From Fistulifera solaris (taxonomy: Eukaryota), in the NCBI GenBank assembly GCA_030295235.1, contig AP026167.1, positions 496,001-560,000 on the forward strand: a DNA stretch of 64,000 nt. The letters run 5' to 3'. The translations under genes were made by a program, and so were the position numbers. Shown here piece after piece: positions 10,648 through 23,310 of the stretch. The first letter of the stretch is position 1. Each line of letters opens with the position of its first letter. The notes below the pieces were generated by a model. The model ran no database searches, was not told where the DNA came from, and worked only from the letters and a program-made list of their open reading frames with translations.

Positions 10648-13351
10648 ATGCCACGTCGGAAATTGGATCGAAGCCGTGCAACTGTCGCGCGGAAAAAGGA
10701 AGAATCATCATCTGATTCAGATGCGTCCAAGTCGAGTGAAGAAGACTTTACATTGAAGAATGACGACGAGGAATCATCGGATGAGTCGATTCTTCTTCCG
10801 CGAAGAACACCGAAAAAGAATAGTTCACCGCGGACGTCGCTGTCGTCCGGAACAAAACGAAAAGCTATTGAACATTCTGATGAGAGTTCGTTGGAAGAAT
10901 ATCAAGAAACTGACATTGACGAAGAAGAAGAGTTGGATACATTAGCTCATCATCGGCGCAGGTCATCTCAAAGAAAAACACCGCCGTCAAAGTCTTTGTC
11001 GACGCAGAACAAAAAGAATCAGAAAGCGATAGAGTTATCGAAGGATAGTTCGTCGGAAGAGGAATATCAAAATGATATTGACGAAGGAGAGGAATCGGAT
11101 CCATCAGTTGACCAGCGCAAACCACTGAAAAAGAAAACTCCTCCGTCCAAGTCGCCGTCGACGCGAAAGAAGAATAAGAACACAAACGACGTGTTGGAGG
11201 ATAGTTCTTCGGACGATGACGAAGAGGTTGCTACCAAGAAACGAACTCCTAGCCGCAAAACAACTGCACGATCGACAGCTGTTACTCCTTCTCAGCAAAA
11301 TTGTCGAAAGCAGTCACCTCGTACTCCGCCAAAATCGCGTGCCAAACAGGCTAATGATTCATCGGATGAAAGCTCTCGCGTGAATCCGTCCCCTCCACGC
11401 AGTCGTCGGAAACAAAGCGGGCGAAATGACGATGACGACGAAGAGTTTGTCCCGTCCAACGATATCCTCTCTGCGGACGATGACGAGGAGGAAGAGGAAG
11501 GAGATGATGTGTGGACGGATGAAAATGAATCGGACGACGATGATGATGAGTCTGATCGGTCAGATGATAGCAGAGTCGGAAAAGTAGGTGACATCGATGA
11601 GATTGGAGTCGCCAATGAATCAAGTGACGATGAGATACCAGTCAGGAAGCATGATGGACTGGGTGAGATTGGTGTCACAGAAGATTCTAGCGATGACGAG
11701 GTTGCTGCGAAACCACCTTCGTCATTAGGCAAACAAAGATCTCATGAGCGACAAAAGTCTCGCGAGGATCCGAGTGACTCTTCGAGCGATGACACGGAAA
11801 TCAAACCCGCAACGCAGTTCCATAAGCTCAAATCGGGTTGTTCACTGGGAGGCGGCGTGTGCACCTCCACTCATGATGCCATCACACTCGAGGAACTTTC
11901 GTGGCCTCACATTTGTTTCTTTCCCCCGGAGGGCGAACGGCAATGTTTCGCATTGGAGACGTTGCGTCAAATTGCTCTGACTGCTGGACACCCTAAGTTT
12001 CGTGATGATCGTGTGAGAGAAACGACACAGCAGACGTACTTGCAACCTCCTCATTTCCGTACTGCTATGTCGGACGAATTGCTGGACCAAATCGCCTCTC
12101 GTTTTAGTCGCGACGCTCTGGACCTACACAGCTCGTACCATACTCGGCCACTTCGACCTGAACGACCACCCAATGCCGACGGCGACGACAGCGATGATGA
12201 TGACGATGATTATCACTACGACATGAGAACGAATAACCCAGTCATGTGGGATATGGTCCAGAAATATATTGGTCGGACCATGGGATCAACAGACCTATAT
12301 GTATGCCCGATGTGTTACCGGGTTGCTCACAAAAGGGACCTTTCAACGAAGCACCAGAAAAAGTCACCAGGAAAACTCTCCGACGAACAGCTGAGCGCGA
12401 TATACACCAATCATTATACAATCGATCCTATGCGCGTTCTGGGATCTGTGGATGGTGGAGATCTCAAGTTAGCCTCCTTGTTTTGCTTTCGGAAGTTGCC
12501 GCAGCTCAAGCTGCATCTACGAGAAGACCATGGCTTGGATACTACTGACGTCGATGGCAATGATCTTTACAAAAGTACAAGGTAAATGACGCGCGCTTGA
12601 GAATATTGCTCATTTGCCGGTGGCCGTCATACCTCACCCTTCTGGTCAGATTCGAGCTACGGACGGTTTGTTGCAAACTTTCTTGAACAGTGGTCAACGA
12701 AGTTTCATGAAGTCAATGCAAAGCTACTGGTTTGATGGAAACAATCAGGACTTTATTTACCTATTGAGTCTGGTCCGTAACGCAGAAAAAATCCGCAATA
12801 TGGGGGGTTACGATTCCGACAATCCCGCTGTTCAGACTTTAATGGATTCCGCTCGGGACTACTTCGAATCGTTTGCTGGAATCGTGGATAGACTTTGGAA
12901 CTTGACAGTTGATCCTTTCCGTAAATACGATGAGAATATGGACGATTTTATTGATGATGTGGGTAGCGACGAAGAAGTCGTCGACGATGACGACCGCAAC
13001 ATGCATCGAACGCTATTTAGAGATCAAGATGATAATAGCAGAGACGCTGATCTCCAATTTGCTCGCGATTTAGAGAATCGCTACCGCCATGAGTTAGACG
13101 ATTACGACGAGGATGATGAATCAGCTTCCGAAGGTGGCGATTTAGTTGACTCGGAAGAAGAGGAAAGGAGCGATTTAAAGGGTGAAGACGAGGAAGATTC
13201 GTTTTCTGAGTCAGAGGATGAATTTGACAAGAAGATGAGATTGAAACGCGGAGAGATCGGCCGTCGTCGTGTGTTGTCATCGGCTGCTAAGAGACGACGA
13301 TCAAGTCCACGAAAGAAAATTATTACCATAGATGACACCGATTCAGAATAA
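10648..13351 (+). CDS. Large acidic/basic low-complexity nuclear-type protein with Cys/His motifs (hypothetical)
   Basis: Two ORFs joined by GT-AG intron 12582-12649 plus a one-base A-run correction (..YKKYK|IRATDGLL); motifs 'YVCPMCY', 'HLREDH'. Confidence 0.65.
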
Positions 13352-13413
13352 AAAATGAATATTTTACGAAATAATATGATTCTAAGGAATACAAAGGCTT
13401 TTCAATGAGGGTA

Positions 13414-14414
13414 TCAGACAACTCTGGATGAATGATCACTCTCTCGTGTCCACCACGCGTAGAATTCCTCATACGCAATTCTCTGATCAAAATTTTTGTC
13501 TACAAAGAAAGGAACAAAGAGGGAGATGGTGAGACAAGAACACTTGTTGATTTGAGACACCTGCGAAAGCAATGTCAACGCCTTACCTAGGGCCAGATAA
13601 AACGCCGCGATTTCATTTCTCGTCATAGTCACTCCTGCATCGTTGACAAAAGCCGTTAACTCCTTGACGTCGAGACTTCCATCACCATTTGCATCGTGTT
13701 CTTTCCATTTCTGTTTTAAAGTACTTTCATCTTTTACGGCGAATCGAACCAAGCGCATCTGATTCGCCGTGGCCATACCGACGCCCATGGCCACGACACC
13801 GACGAAAATCATAAAACCTCCCACGGCCCAATCCAACATGTTGACATTCGAAACTTGTAGTGTGCCTATGGAAGCAAAATTGTGAGCTAGCGAACGAATC
13901 ATGGCACAATCATACTGCTAACTCACCGACAAAGAAAAAGAAAAGTCCTCTCCCCCAGGTATAGTCCAAGAATTTAGCATAGGCTTACGCAAGAGGATAC
14001 GAGGATACGAGGATACAAAAGAAATACATTAGCAAGTGTTGGTTGTGACATTGGAATAGGATTGTCTCATAACTTACAGTGAATTCCTGTTTGAATTTTC
14101 TGTGAGCAAATGATAGGAAAGGGGGCATCCATAAAGACGATGATGACGCCGAATATGACACCATAAACAGCCATGAGACTGCGAGCAAAGCTGAACGAAA
14201 AAAATCGTTCCAAAATGGCTAGACCGTTCGACACAATCATGGCAAGGCCGCCCAAAAAGCCCAAGATGCGAAAGGTGAGAGGACCTTCCTTTTGCGCTTG
14301 CTGAATCGTCTGCGCCGCTTGATTGAAAAAGTTGGCGCCACCCGCGGCCGCTGTCGATACGACTCCTGTATCGAGGAGGGCTTTGGTTTCACCTTGGCTA
14401 TTTGAGGATGACAT
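13414..14414 (-). CDS. COPI-associated/TVP15-like membrane protein with C-terminal EF-hands (multi-exon)
   Basis: TM helices in exon 1; small exon encoding 'YAKFLDYTWGRGLFFFFVG'; EF-hand loops DANGDGSLDVKE and DKNFDQRIAYEE; GT-AG introns. Confidence 0.7.
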
Positions 14415-14678
14415 TAGTAAAAAGAATTTATTTTCTTGTTGAAGAAAGATTCGTTGTGAACATATTACCTGGTAAGAATAATGTTTCGCTTTATTTTTAT
14501 CCTTTCGCGCGCTAAAAGATACCGAAGAAGTAAGTCCTACCGATGCGACAACACTACCTAACCTCGAAAAATTAAGGAAGAAAGTGGGTGCGGTCGCACC
14601 TGTCATTCTCTCCTTTTTTTCATCCTCCTGTACATCGTCGCAGAATTCTTATTGTAACCACATCTTTTTGATTTCACC

Positions 14679-16769
14679 ATGTCATCGGAATCACTATTAA
14701 CGGATAATGCTATCATCCGCAGTAGTGTACGATCCCAGTTCACCGGTGGGTCGCACGTTACAATCAGCAGCGGTAGTTGGAATGAACGAACCACGGTTAC
14801 TTCCACTTCCTTGCACGGCAATTTAATGCGTTCCATTACGAATCGTGATCCTATGAAGTGAGTTGTCGTTCAAGGATACATTTGTTTAGAAACGAAACGT
14901 CTAATGCATGTCGGTTTTTTCGTTCATCGTCCCTTAGAGTATACGAAGTGATCTCCATTTTAGGCGATGGCAGCATGGGCTCGGTAGCCAAAGTACGAAA
15001 AAAGACAATCTGCTATAGGAGGATCGGCTCGACCCCAGCATGTTATTAAGAACCAAAATATTTTGACTTGTTTCCCGAATCTCTTTTCTTGTTGCATTCC
15101 AAATACTGAAGAGAAAAGCAATCGCTCCGCCTTTTGGTCTTCGAAGGATTCATCGGACTCCTCCACAATCAACATTACCGATAGTGGCAATACGTCCTCT
15201 GCCTTTTTAAATCAAGACAAACGTTTGATACGCAAAACTTCTTCCATGATCTCGTATGGCAAGGGCAAACCCGTGTTTTACGCTCTCAAGTCGATCCATT
15301 TAGACCGATGTACGAACGTGGATTTTCAGCTCGAGCTCAAAAACGAGGTGGCCATATTAAAAGAATTGGATCATCCGAATATTGTACGCGCCATTGAAAC
15401 ATTTGAGTACAAAGGACGCTTATTTATTGCTTTGGAGTTGTGCAATGGAGGAGACTTGTACACTCGCGATCCTTACTCGGAACAGGAGGCTTTGAAAATC
15501 ACCCGCGACTTGTGTTCGGCCGTGGCCTACTTGCACTCGCGGGGGATCATTCATCGGGATCTGAAATTTGAAAATATTATGTTTACAAATACTAGTAAAC
15601 ATGCGGATGTGAAGCTGATCGATTTCGGTCTGTCGAAAAAGTTTGCGGCTAACGAGTTCTTGGCCGATACGGTGGGGACGGTGTATACCATGTCCCCGGA
15701 ACTCATATCGGGGGCTTACAATGAGAAAGCGGATGTCTGGAGTCTTGGCGTGATATGCTTCATGTTGCTCTCCAGTAGCATGCCGTTTTTCGGAAAAACG
15801 AGAGTCCAAGTACTCAAAAGATTGCTCGTGCGCAATATCATTTCAGTAGTCGACGATGGAATAAGATTTCGGCTGAGGCGATGAGCTTCTGCGAAACTGT
15901 ATTGAATCTAGACCCAGACGCTCGACCTTCGGCAGAAGCTACCTTAAAGCTTCCTTGGATTAGCAACAATGCCTTTCGGGATGAACAAATCAGCATAGCT
16001 ACTGATGCCGTACGAATGGACAGTATACAAGCAAGTATCGAGGCATTTGTGGGCTACAGTACGCTCAAAAAGCTAGGACTTATGGTGATTGCTTATCGCT
16101 CAACTTCAGAAGAGATAGGATTCTTGAAGGATTTGTTTGTGCGTTTCGACAAGATGAAAAACGGGGAAATTGATGAAAACGAGTTTGCGCTCGCTTTGTC
16201 GGCCTACAATTATAGTCCCGAAGAAATTTCAACTCTATTTCATGGGATCGATATCGACGGGACAGGTAACGTTCACTATATCGAGTTTCTGGCGGCAACT
16301 ATTGAGGCACTCGGCCCGATTGATGAAGAACGCATTGCTGAGGCTTTCGATCGCTTAGACAGTGACGATACAGGTTACATAACTGTTGCGAACTGTAAGT
16401 ACGGATCTCAATCGGCAAGCCTATCATGAACCACCAATTCTTACACTAATTTTCAAAGTGAGAGACTTTCTCGGCGATGAAGTCCCCACCGAATACTTGG
16501 AAAAGATCATTCAGGAAGCGGACCTTTTGCATGATCACCGCATCTCGTATGAGGAGTTTTTGGAAATGTGGAACGTCGACACCGAACTTCAACTGGAACA
16601 CGGTCGCAAACATGTCGCTGGACGTAGAATTATTAGTCGCGAACCATCGTTCACATCTTCCGTATCGTCCGACTTGACATCCACGCATTTCGAGAGTTTG
16701 AGAAGTCTGGCGAATTCAATGCGAGCTGGTGTCAATGCTTCAACGCGATCGGATTTCTTTGACGAGTAG
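14679..16769 (+). CDS. Calcium-dependent protein kinase (CDPK-like)
   Basis: GDGSMG, ALK, HRDLKFEN, DFG, SPE motifs followed by four EF-hand-like loops; introns near 14858-14937 and 16395-16459; homopolymer frameshifts near 15000 and 15817. Confidence 0.9.
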
Positions 16770-17151
16770 CCCATTTTGAATTATAGATAAAAATGTTTGT
16801 ATCTTTAGTTATTATTAATAGAACCATTGGGCTCTTTCTTTTCTATAGAATCTCAAGCTTGCTGTATTTTACTAGTTTTCGTGCAAGTGCATGATATCCT
16901 CATTCATCCTCAACCTTATTGTGTCCCGCATCAATTTTTTTTATGGAGATATTAGTACTAAACCTGAACAAAACAAGAAACGATGGGACTCTATCACAGC
17001 GTCCACGCGAAAAAAAAACGAAAAGAAAACGGACGAATTTTCTTTGATGAACATCACAGATCACAGTTGATGGGCTTGTTCCCGAATCCTTTCACCACAA
17101 CACTCGTCACAGAGAGACGCCTTTTATTTTATACGCATACATACGAACCTC

Positions 17152-17841
17152 ATGGACATTTTCAACAAAAACGGCAGTCCCCACATCCTTCTTAAGTATA
17201 ACAAGTTGGCTGTCTCACTGCTCGAACGAGGAAAAAGTAAGGAGGCCATGAATCACTTCCTGGTGGGCCTCACCACAGCGCATACAGCAGAAGAGCTTGT
17301 ATCGGATAAGAACGACTCTCAGCACAATGATGCGCGTTTGCTTCACACCGATGATGTGCTTCATGCAACGATTCTGCCTCCCCTGGAATGCGTCGACCAA
17401 TCTTGCAATTTCTTCACGCTCTTCGATCATGCTCTATCGTACAATGAGAAACAACTATCCAGCAATCCAAGCGATTTATCGCTGGTAACATCGGTTTATC
17501 TTTACAACATTGGGTTAGCGTTCCATCGAGAAGGTTATGCAAGGGGGAAAGCGTCTTTGTTGCACGACGCGTTACGCTTTTACCGGTTGGCGAAAGAGTG
17601 CACCTACGACTCGCACTGTAACAGCGAAGATGATCAACTCATCCTCTTTGCTATACACAATAATATGGGAAACATCTTTGCTCACTTTTTTGATCGTGTT
17701 AATGCACGAATGTGTTATAAGGTCATGGTCAAGCTGGCACCCAGTATGAGCCGGCTTTTGGCGGAAAATGAGGCTTTCTTTGCGACGCTGTACAATCTCA
17801 TTTCGGGTCAAGAAATGTTCCAGTTTGCCCCAGCGGCGTGA
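17152..17841 (+). CDS. Diatom-type helical (TPR-like) protein ending in APAA
   Basis: 229-aa ORF; 'LYNIGLAFH', 'ALRFY', 'AIHNNMGNI'; similar to the 37720-38544 product. Confidence 0.7.
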   Translation: MDIFNKNGSPHILLKYNKLAVSLLERGKSKEAMNHFLVGLTTAHTAEELVSDKNDSQHNDARLLHTDDVLHATILPPLECVDQSCNFFTLFDHALSYNEKQLSSNPSDLSLVTSVYLYNIGLAFHREGYARGKASLLHDALRFYRLAKECTYDSHCNSEDDQLILFAIHNNMGNIFAHFFDRVNARMCYKVMVKLAPSMSRLLAENEAFFATLYNLISGQEMFQFAPAA

Positions 17842-18021
17842 GATATGCTTCCGGGGAAGTCGCTGGCTTGTTGATTTCCAATAAGCTGCTTTATTTATTT
17901 CTTTTGTTTTCAGTTCGTTAGTACTCTTGAACTAGGCAATCTATTTGATCAATTATTATTCGATCCTAGAGCTCGCACTACTAAAAATAAGATTACTTTT
18001 CTTAGGGGCGACTAAACAAAT

Positions 18022-19608
18022 TTAAGCAAGCTCCTTTTGGAAGATGGGCACAAGGTATTCGGCAATCTTGAGAGCCTCGACGGCGATCTCAATGGTGGCA
18101 ATGCCTTCGGCGGGCTTTCCATCAACGGTGTGCTTTGCAACACGCTCCTTCACAGTGATGTAGTCCGGGTCTTGTGTGAAGAAGTAAGGCATGGCGGTGG
18201 GGTACTTCGCTTGCAATTGTTCAACATGCTTCTTGTCCTCGTCGTCGGGCATGTAATATCGGAAGACTTCCTTGCCTGATTTGTCCGTGACGACAGCGTA
18301 CGAGTCGGTGCCTCCACAACGGTCAGTTTGCACCGACACTTCATTGCCATTCTTTGTTTTGATAGTGAACTTCACTTTATCAAAGTCAGTAAACGCCTTT
18401 CCGCTAGGTCCTTTCAAAGTTTGCATAGACGAAAAGTCCTTGTCGACGATCACCTCGGCAATATTATCCACAGAGACATCATAAAAGCTGGCGAGAAGGG
18501 CCAATTCATGAATGGCCATATTCTTGAGCATACCCTCCGAGTTACGTTCGAAGCATTCTCCGAGCGACTCGGGCGTGTTCTCGTAGGCATTGTTGGTGAC
18601 GAATGTAACATGCGACCCAGGGACAGTGGCGGCGAACTCACGAGCCTTTCGTACATATTTAGCCACGTTCTTGTTGTATCCCATGAGCACCTCCACGCCA
18701 GCTTGTTTCGCTTCCGCCGACATGGCTTCCAACTCTTTGACGGTCGGGGCACCGGGCTTTTCCAAGTACACGCACTTACATCCGTGAGCAATAGCCTCGC
18801 TCAGCAGTTTTGGGTTGTCGGCCGTTCTTCCACTGATCAAAGCGAGACGAGGAGCGGCAGGAGGTGGAAGTTCCTGCAAGGATTTGGCAAATTTTGTTCC
18901 GTACTTGGATTCGGCCTCGGTCTGAAATTCCTTAAAGTCCTGACCGGCCGGCGAATCAGCTCCGTCACCCATGAACCAGGGCTCAACTACAAAGTCAAGA
19001 GAGGCAGAAGGGCATCTGAAGGACAAAAGAGTGCATTTGTGAGATTGAATGTTCGGAATCGGTCGGTCGTCAGCTGATGTCTTTCACAAGATCTCGAAAA
19101 ACAAATGCGAACCCTTTTTCGACGGGCTGTCAGAGTCCGTGGTGAAGCAGCAAGTGCCGTTCCATCGGCAACCATAGCACCAGATAGAAATCAGCGTACT
19201 GCGTGCCTTAATTAATTGTTTGATCTTTACGAAAGAAGGTGTCAACGATGACAAAGCCATAAAAAGATACTTACTTCTTCTCGAGCATTTGAACGGCATG
19301 ATACCAACCCATACCTAAGGAAGAAAATATCAATGAAAGAATGAGTAACATATTTACCTTCTCTAACACAATGCACAGACACATTTCGCTCATTACTTTT
19401 CACAAGCCGCGCATCATCTTGTGTTTCTCTTACCTCGGTTGGGAGCACCGCATCCGACCAGGATCACTTCCGCTTGGCCTTCCTCCGCAAATCGAACAGC
19501 GGTGTTGCTGACCGTGCGGAAGTTGGTGCGCAAAAAGGCTTTGCTGGTATGGAAAGCGGTAGATCGAGTGAAAGAGAGCATGGTGATGGAAATGGCAGCA
19601 AATTTCAT
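18022..19608 (-). CDS. Gfo/Idh/MocA-family oxidoreductase with bipartite-type targeting presequence (3 exons)
   Basis: Exons 19608-19434, 19314-19275 and 19015-18022 splice in frame; Rossmann 'LVGCG..RGMG', 'YLEKPG', 'NMAIHEL'; presequence ending STA-F. Confidence 0.85.
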
Positions 19609-20334
19609 AATGAAAGTATCTTGAACAAGGTGAAAAATTGGATATCCGTGGCGTGTGCAGGACTGCTAACGTCAGAGCGGCTTTTGTTTCTGCGAGGGCG
19701 TTCGAAATTTATGGGTGCAAATCGTGATCGTCTTTGCTACGGCGGTTCGCGTGCAACGAACACTCTTCTCTCGAAAACAAGTTGAGATTCCTACTCACAA
19801 ATCCACCATCAAAAGTGACGGCACTTCTTCTTCGACCGGAAGCAAATCTTCGTTTTCCGTCAGATATTCGTTCCGACAGAGAGGGCGCGCAAGTTACTAT
19901 CAAGTCGGAGTACCAGACGACATTGTTCCGCACTCCCTTTGCCAGCTGCCACTGACGATGCCTGCAGTAGTAACTCTACACTTCAAATGAGAGTAATGAA
20001 ATCGTGAACCTCGAACATCGAAGACCAACCAAAAGCACACGGGACTCTCGTGACTCGTGACAGTCTCGTGACACCTAAGCCAATGACTTTGGGTCAATCC
20101 TTGTCAAGGTTGGTGATTTTAATGAGACAAAAATAGCCCTTGCTAAGTCTATTCATTCGTCGAAAGACCATTAATATCACCTAACTGGAGCCTTGAGCTG
20201 AAATCTTAGGGTATAAAGAGCTTGAAGTTAGTCCCTAATTGTTACGGCGTATCATTGTATCTCTCGACTCGAGCGTCAAAAAGATTTCGCTAGGCATTCA
20301 TTTCTTTTTGTACCGGAGATTCCTTGGCACGTCC

Positions 20335-21196
20335 TTACATATCAATTCCGGTGCAACTGAGAGTCACTTTGGCTTTCTTTGCAAACTCTCTACCTCTGGG
20401 AGCCTAGATATTCGTAATCCACTTTCCGACCGACAGTTTGACGTGGACGGCATCTTTTGATTGAATGGTCGCAGTCACCGAGCCAGTTGGTAGTTTTCTA
20501 GTTTATTGCAAAGAGACGTCGCCCTGGGTAGTGACGGAAGGGGCGAAGACACTTGCGCCAACATCTTTGGCGACAATAAGCTTTGCTGGTTCTTGTCGGC
20601 ATCTAGGTTGACGGATAATCATGAAGTAGGGTATATTAGCGTCATTTTACCCTTCTTTAAACTCAAGTCACAGGTCGGCGTCACAATCCACATATCACCG
20701 AATGAATCCTCGACAATTTGTGCCACTCTGAACTTCTTTAAAGCAAATCTGCCTTCATAATCAATAGACCCAGAAGCATCACCAGTTCCAGTAAGACCAG
20801 CACAAAAAGATAGGTGAACTCCCATTCAAAATTCTTGAATCGATATTGAAACGAGCGTAAGATTCAACCTCCAATTCTTCATCATAATGTTCGATCTTCG
20901 CCCATCCAATGAACGGCATTGTGATGGTTTTAACATCCGCTTTCACTGTGATTTCGCCCTACGTAGATCGATCTCAACTGAGTAAAAAGAGGTGCTCATG
21001 CGATGATTGCCAAGTGAAGAACACACTTGCCTCAAGCTCAAAATCACCGATAATATCACTGGCTGCCCAAGAAACGCTCGGTTGAATGAGATAAAAAATG
21101 GATTTCGCACCGACTGGGTTCAATAGTACAGATATTTCCGGTCGACTGATATCCGCATGGGATTTTCCGAGGAAGAAAAAGCATAATCAGGGTCAT
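20335..21196 (-). pseudogene. Pseudogene paralog of the OEP24-like gene at 22069-22928
   Basis: Collinear similarity over the full length (ISRPEISVLLN, QPSVSWAASD, TVKADVK, APSVTTQGDV, VTLSCTG); three in-frame stops (TGA, TAA, TAG) plus frameshifts; same intron position. Confidence 0.85.
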
Positions 21197-22068
21197 TAAA
21201 AACTCCACGATTTTGTTCTCCGCATTTGTGGCATACTTGGCGAAAAGCGATTGATGGTTAACTGGAGCTATTGCACCAATTCTGTAGCACCAAGCTGTTT
21301 CATTGATACCTAATCAATACACATGGCCGAAAGGAAATCAATGAAGACACTTATCGCTGCCGTGTTCAAAGTTCAAAGATGCCGCCGGTTCATGGCTCAT
21401 GACTGAAATGCAGTCTTGGCGAAAAACAGACAACACTTGGGCTGACATTGAATTCGAAAGACAGCCATCCGCAATGCTTGTTGACAACATGAAACAACGC
21501 GTGCCGTGCAAAATGCTGTTGAACGTATAATGTTGTAATAACGCAGCTCGCAGAAGGAACACAGAGAATAGGTTGCAGGCTTGGTCGTAAGAATATCTAT
21601 TCATGACTGAAACGCAATCGTGGTGAAAAAGGAGTCTACACTGTGATGCTATAATCGACGAAACGAAATGATCCGCAAGACTTTTGAATATAAATAGAGA
21701 CATATATAGCAAATAAGGCTAAAAGTAATACCTTATGGTTGAGGAGGCAAGTCAAACTAGTAGATTTAGCAAAACGAACGAGTGCAACAGGAAAGCCTCT
21801 TTAAAATTTAAGCTTGCCTTATGCGGAAAAAACCAACTTATTCATACCAAAGTGCCATACCGTATCGAGTGGTGAAGTGATTGTTATTAAGATTTATGCC
21901 CTTTTAATAGGTCTCGAGTCGTCGCTATGGGCTGATAAGGCCAAGCGACGAAAGTATTCTAATGCTCGAAATGTCAATAAGATCGTCCGCATACTCTATT
22001 CGTTTTAGCTATGTATGATTTCAAGAATAGCCACAACAAAGAACTCTCACAAACGCGTCACTCAAGCT

Positions 22069-22928
22069 TTACAAGTTGACTCCCGTGCAACTGAGAGTCA
22101 CTCGAGCTTCCTTGGCAAAATCTCGACCCAAAGGAGCCTTGAGATTCGCCACCCATTTTCCGTCCGACCATTTGACGTTGAGGGATTCGTTGGATTTGAC
22201 GGTCGCCACGACCGAGCCGGTGGGTAGTTGACGGGTGAATTGGACTTCGACATCGCCCTGATTGGTAATGGAAGGAGCGATGACGTTTGCACCAAAACCT
22301 TTGGCGACTGTCAACTTTTGTTGATCCATGTCCGCATCGATGCTGACCGATACTCCCGACGTGCCGTACGCCAACTTGACATTCCCTTTCTGCGAGCCCA
22401 GATTGTAGCTGGGTACCACACTCCATACACCACCTAAGGAATCCACATTCTGTGAAAGTTTGACGTTATCGAGGGCCACGATGCCTTGATCGGTATCTAC
22501 CGACCCTGACACCAAAAAGCCCCGTTCCAGTAGGACCACCTAGGATCGCTAAGTCTACACCGACTTTGCTCAAATCTTTCGAGTCGACATCGAAACGAGC
22601 GGAAGATTGAAACCCGAAAGCCGAGCGTTTGATTTTGGCCCATCCACTAAATGGAATGGTGTTTGATTTGACGTCCGCTTTGACCGTCAGTCCGCCCTAA
22701 TCGAATTACAGTGAGGAAAAGAGAAAGAAGAGACGCATATTCAACTACAGCACTTGCCTCTACATCAAAATCTCCGATCGTGTCACTGGCTCCCCAATAC
22801 ACACTAGGTTGAATGATGTCAATCGAAGGTTCCGCGCCACCCGCATTCAAAAGCACCGATACTTCCGGTCGACTGACACCCGCCAGGGCTGTTCCGCAAA
22901 GTGAAAGAAAGGGGATGAGCAACTTCAT
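22069..22928 (-). CDS. Signal-peptide-bearing beta-barrel protein resembling plastid outer envelope pore OEP24
   Basis: MKLLIPFLSLCGTALA signal; GC-AG intron 22697-22757; one homopolymer frameshift near 22516; amphipathic strands 'QQKLTVA..IAPSITNQGDVEV..ATVKSNESLNVKWSDGKWVANL' recall plant OEP24. Confidence 0.6.
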
Positions 22929-23310
22929 GGTCGAGATGGTCGAGTGTAGATTTTGATGCAAAACAACAATGAAATGGAAGATCGCACTTTCTGCCGTTCG
23001 CAAAAGTTTCGCACCGAAGTCCAATAGTTGAGGGTTGAGGTTTGCGTCGATCCGGCATTCAATAAGTCACGATCACGCACGACCGCCGTGTGTCCTACGT
23101 CATTCCTCGTGTGTTCGCGTTCGAAATAGAGTGAGTTTGTTCGACCATGTCAGTCAACTGCTACCTGTGTCATCTTTGCAAACTCAGTTTATACCTTGTT
23201 GCAACACAATCGACACATAAAAATACCATTCAATCGTTCTTTTCGTATTACTTCATTATTTATTATTCCCTTCCTCCAATATACCATAACAAGCAACTGC
23301 AACACAAATC

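Noticed and set aside
18328..19077. Long antisense ORFs (also 8805-9584, 31102-31707, 62665-63438)
   Set aside because: They mirror well-supported genes on the opposite strand and show no motifs; expected shadow ORFs.
19315..19433. C/D-box snoRNA in oxidoreductase intron 1
   Set aside because: A terminal ACACAA/TTGTGT stem and C-box-like ATGATG are present on the minus strand, but there is no CTGA D box.
21624..21648. RSS-like heptamer CACAGTG beside one motif copy
   Set aside because: Present in only one copy, no nonamer at 12/23 spacing and no Transib/RAG-like gene; likely chance.
21338..21712. 124-aa ORF with an internal repeat
   Set aside because: Non-ATG start; the peptide repeat just reflects two copies of the dispersed DNA motif.
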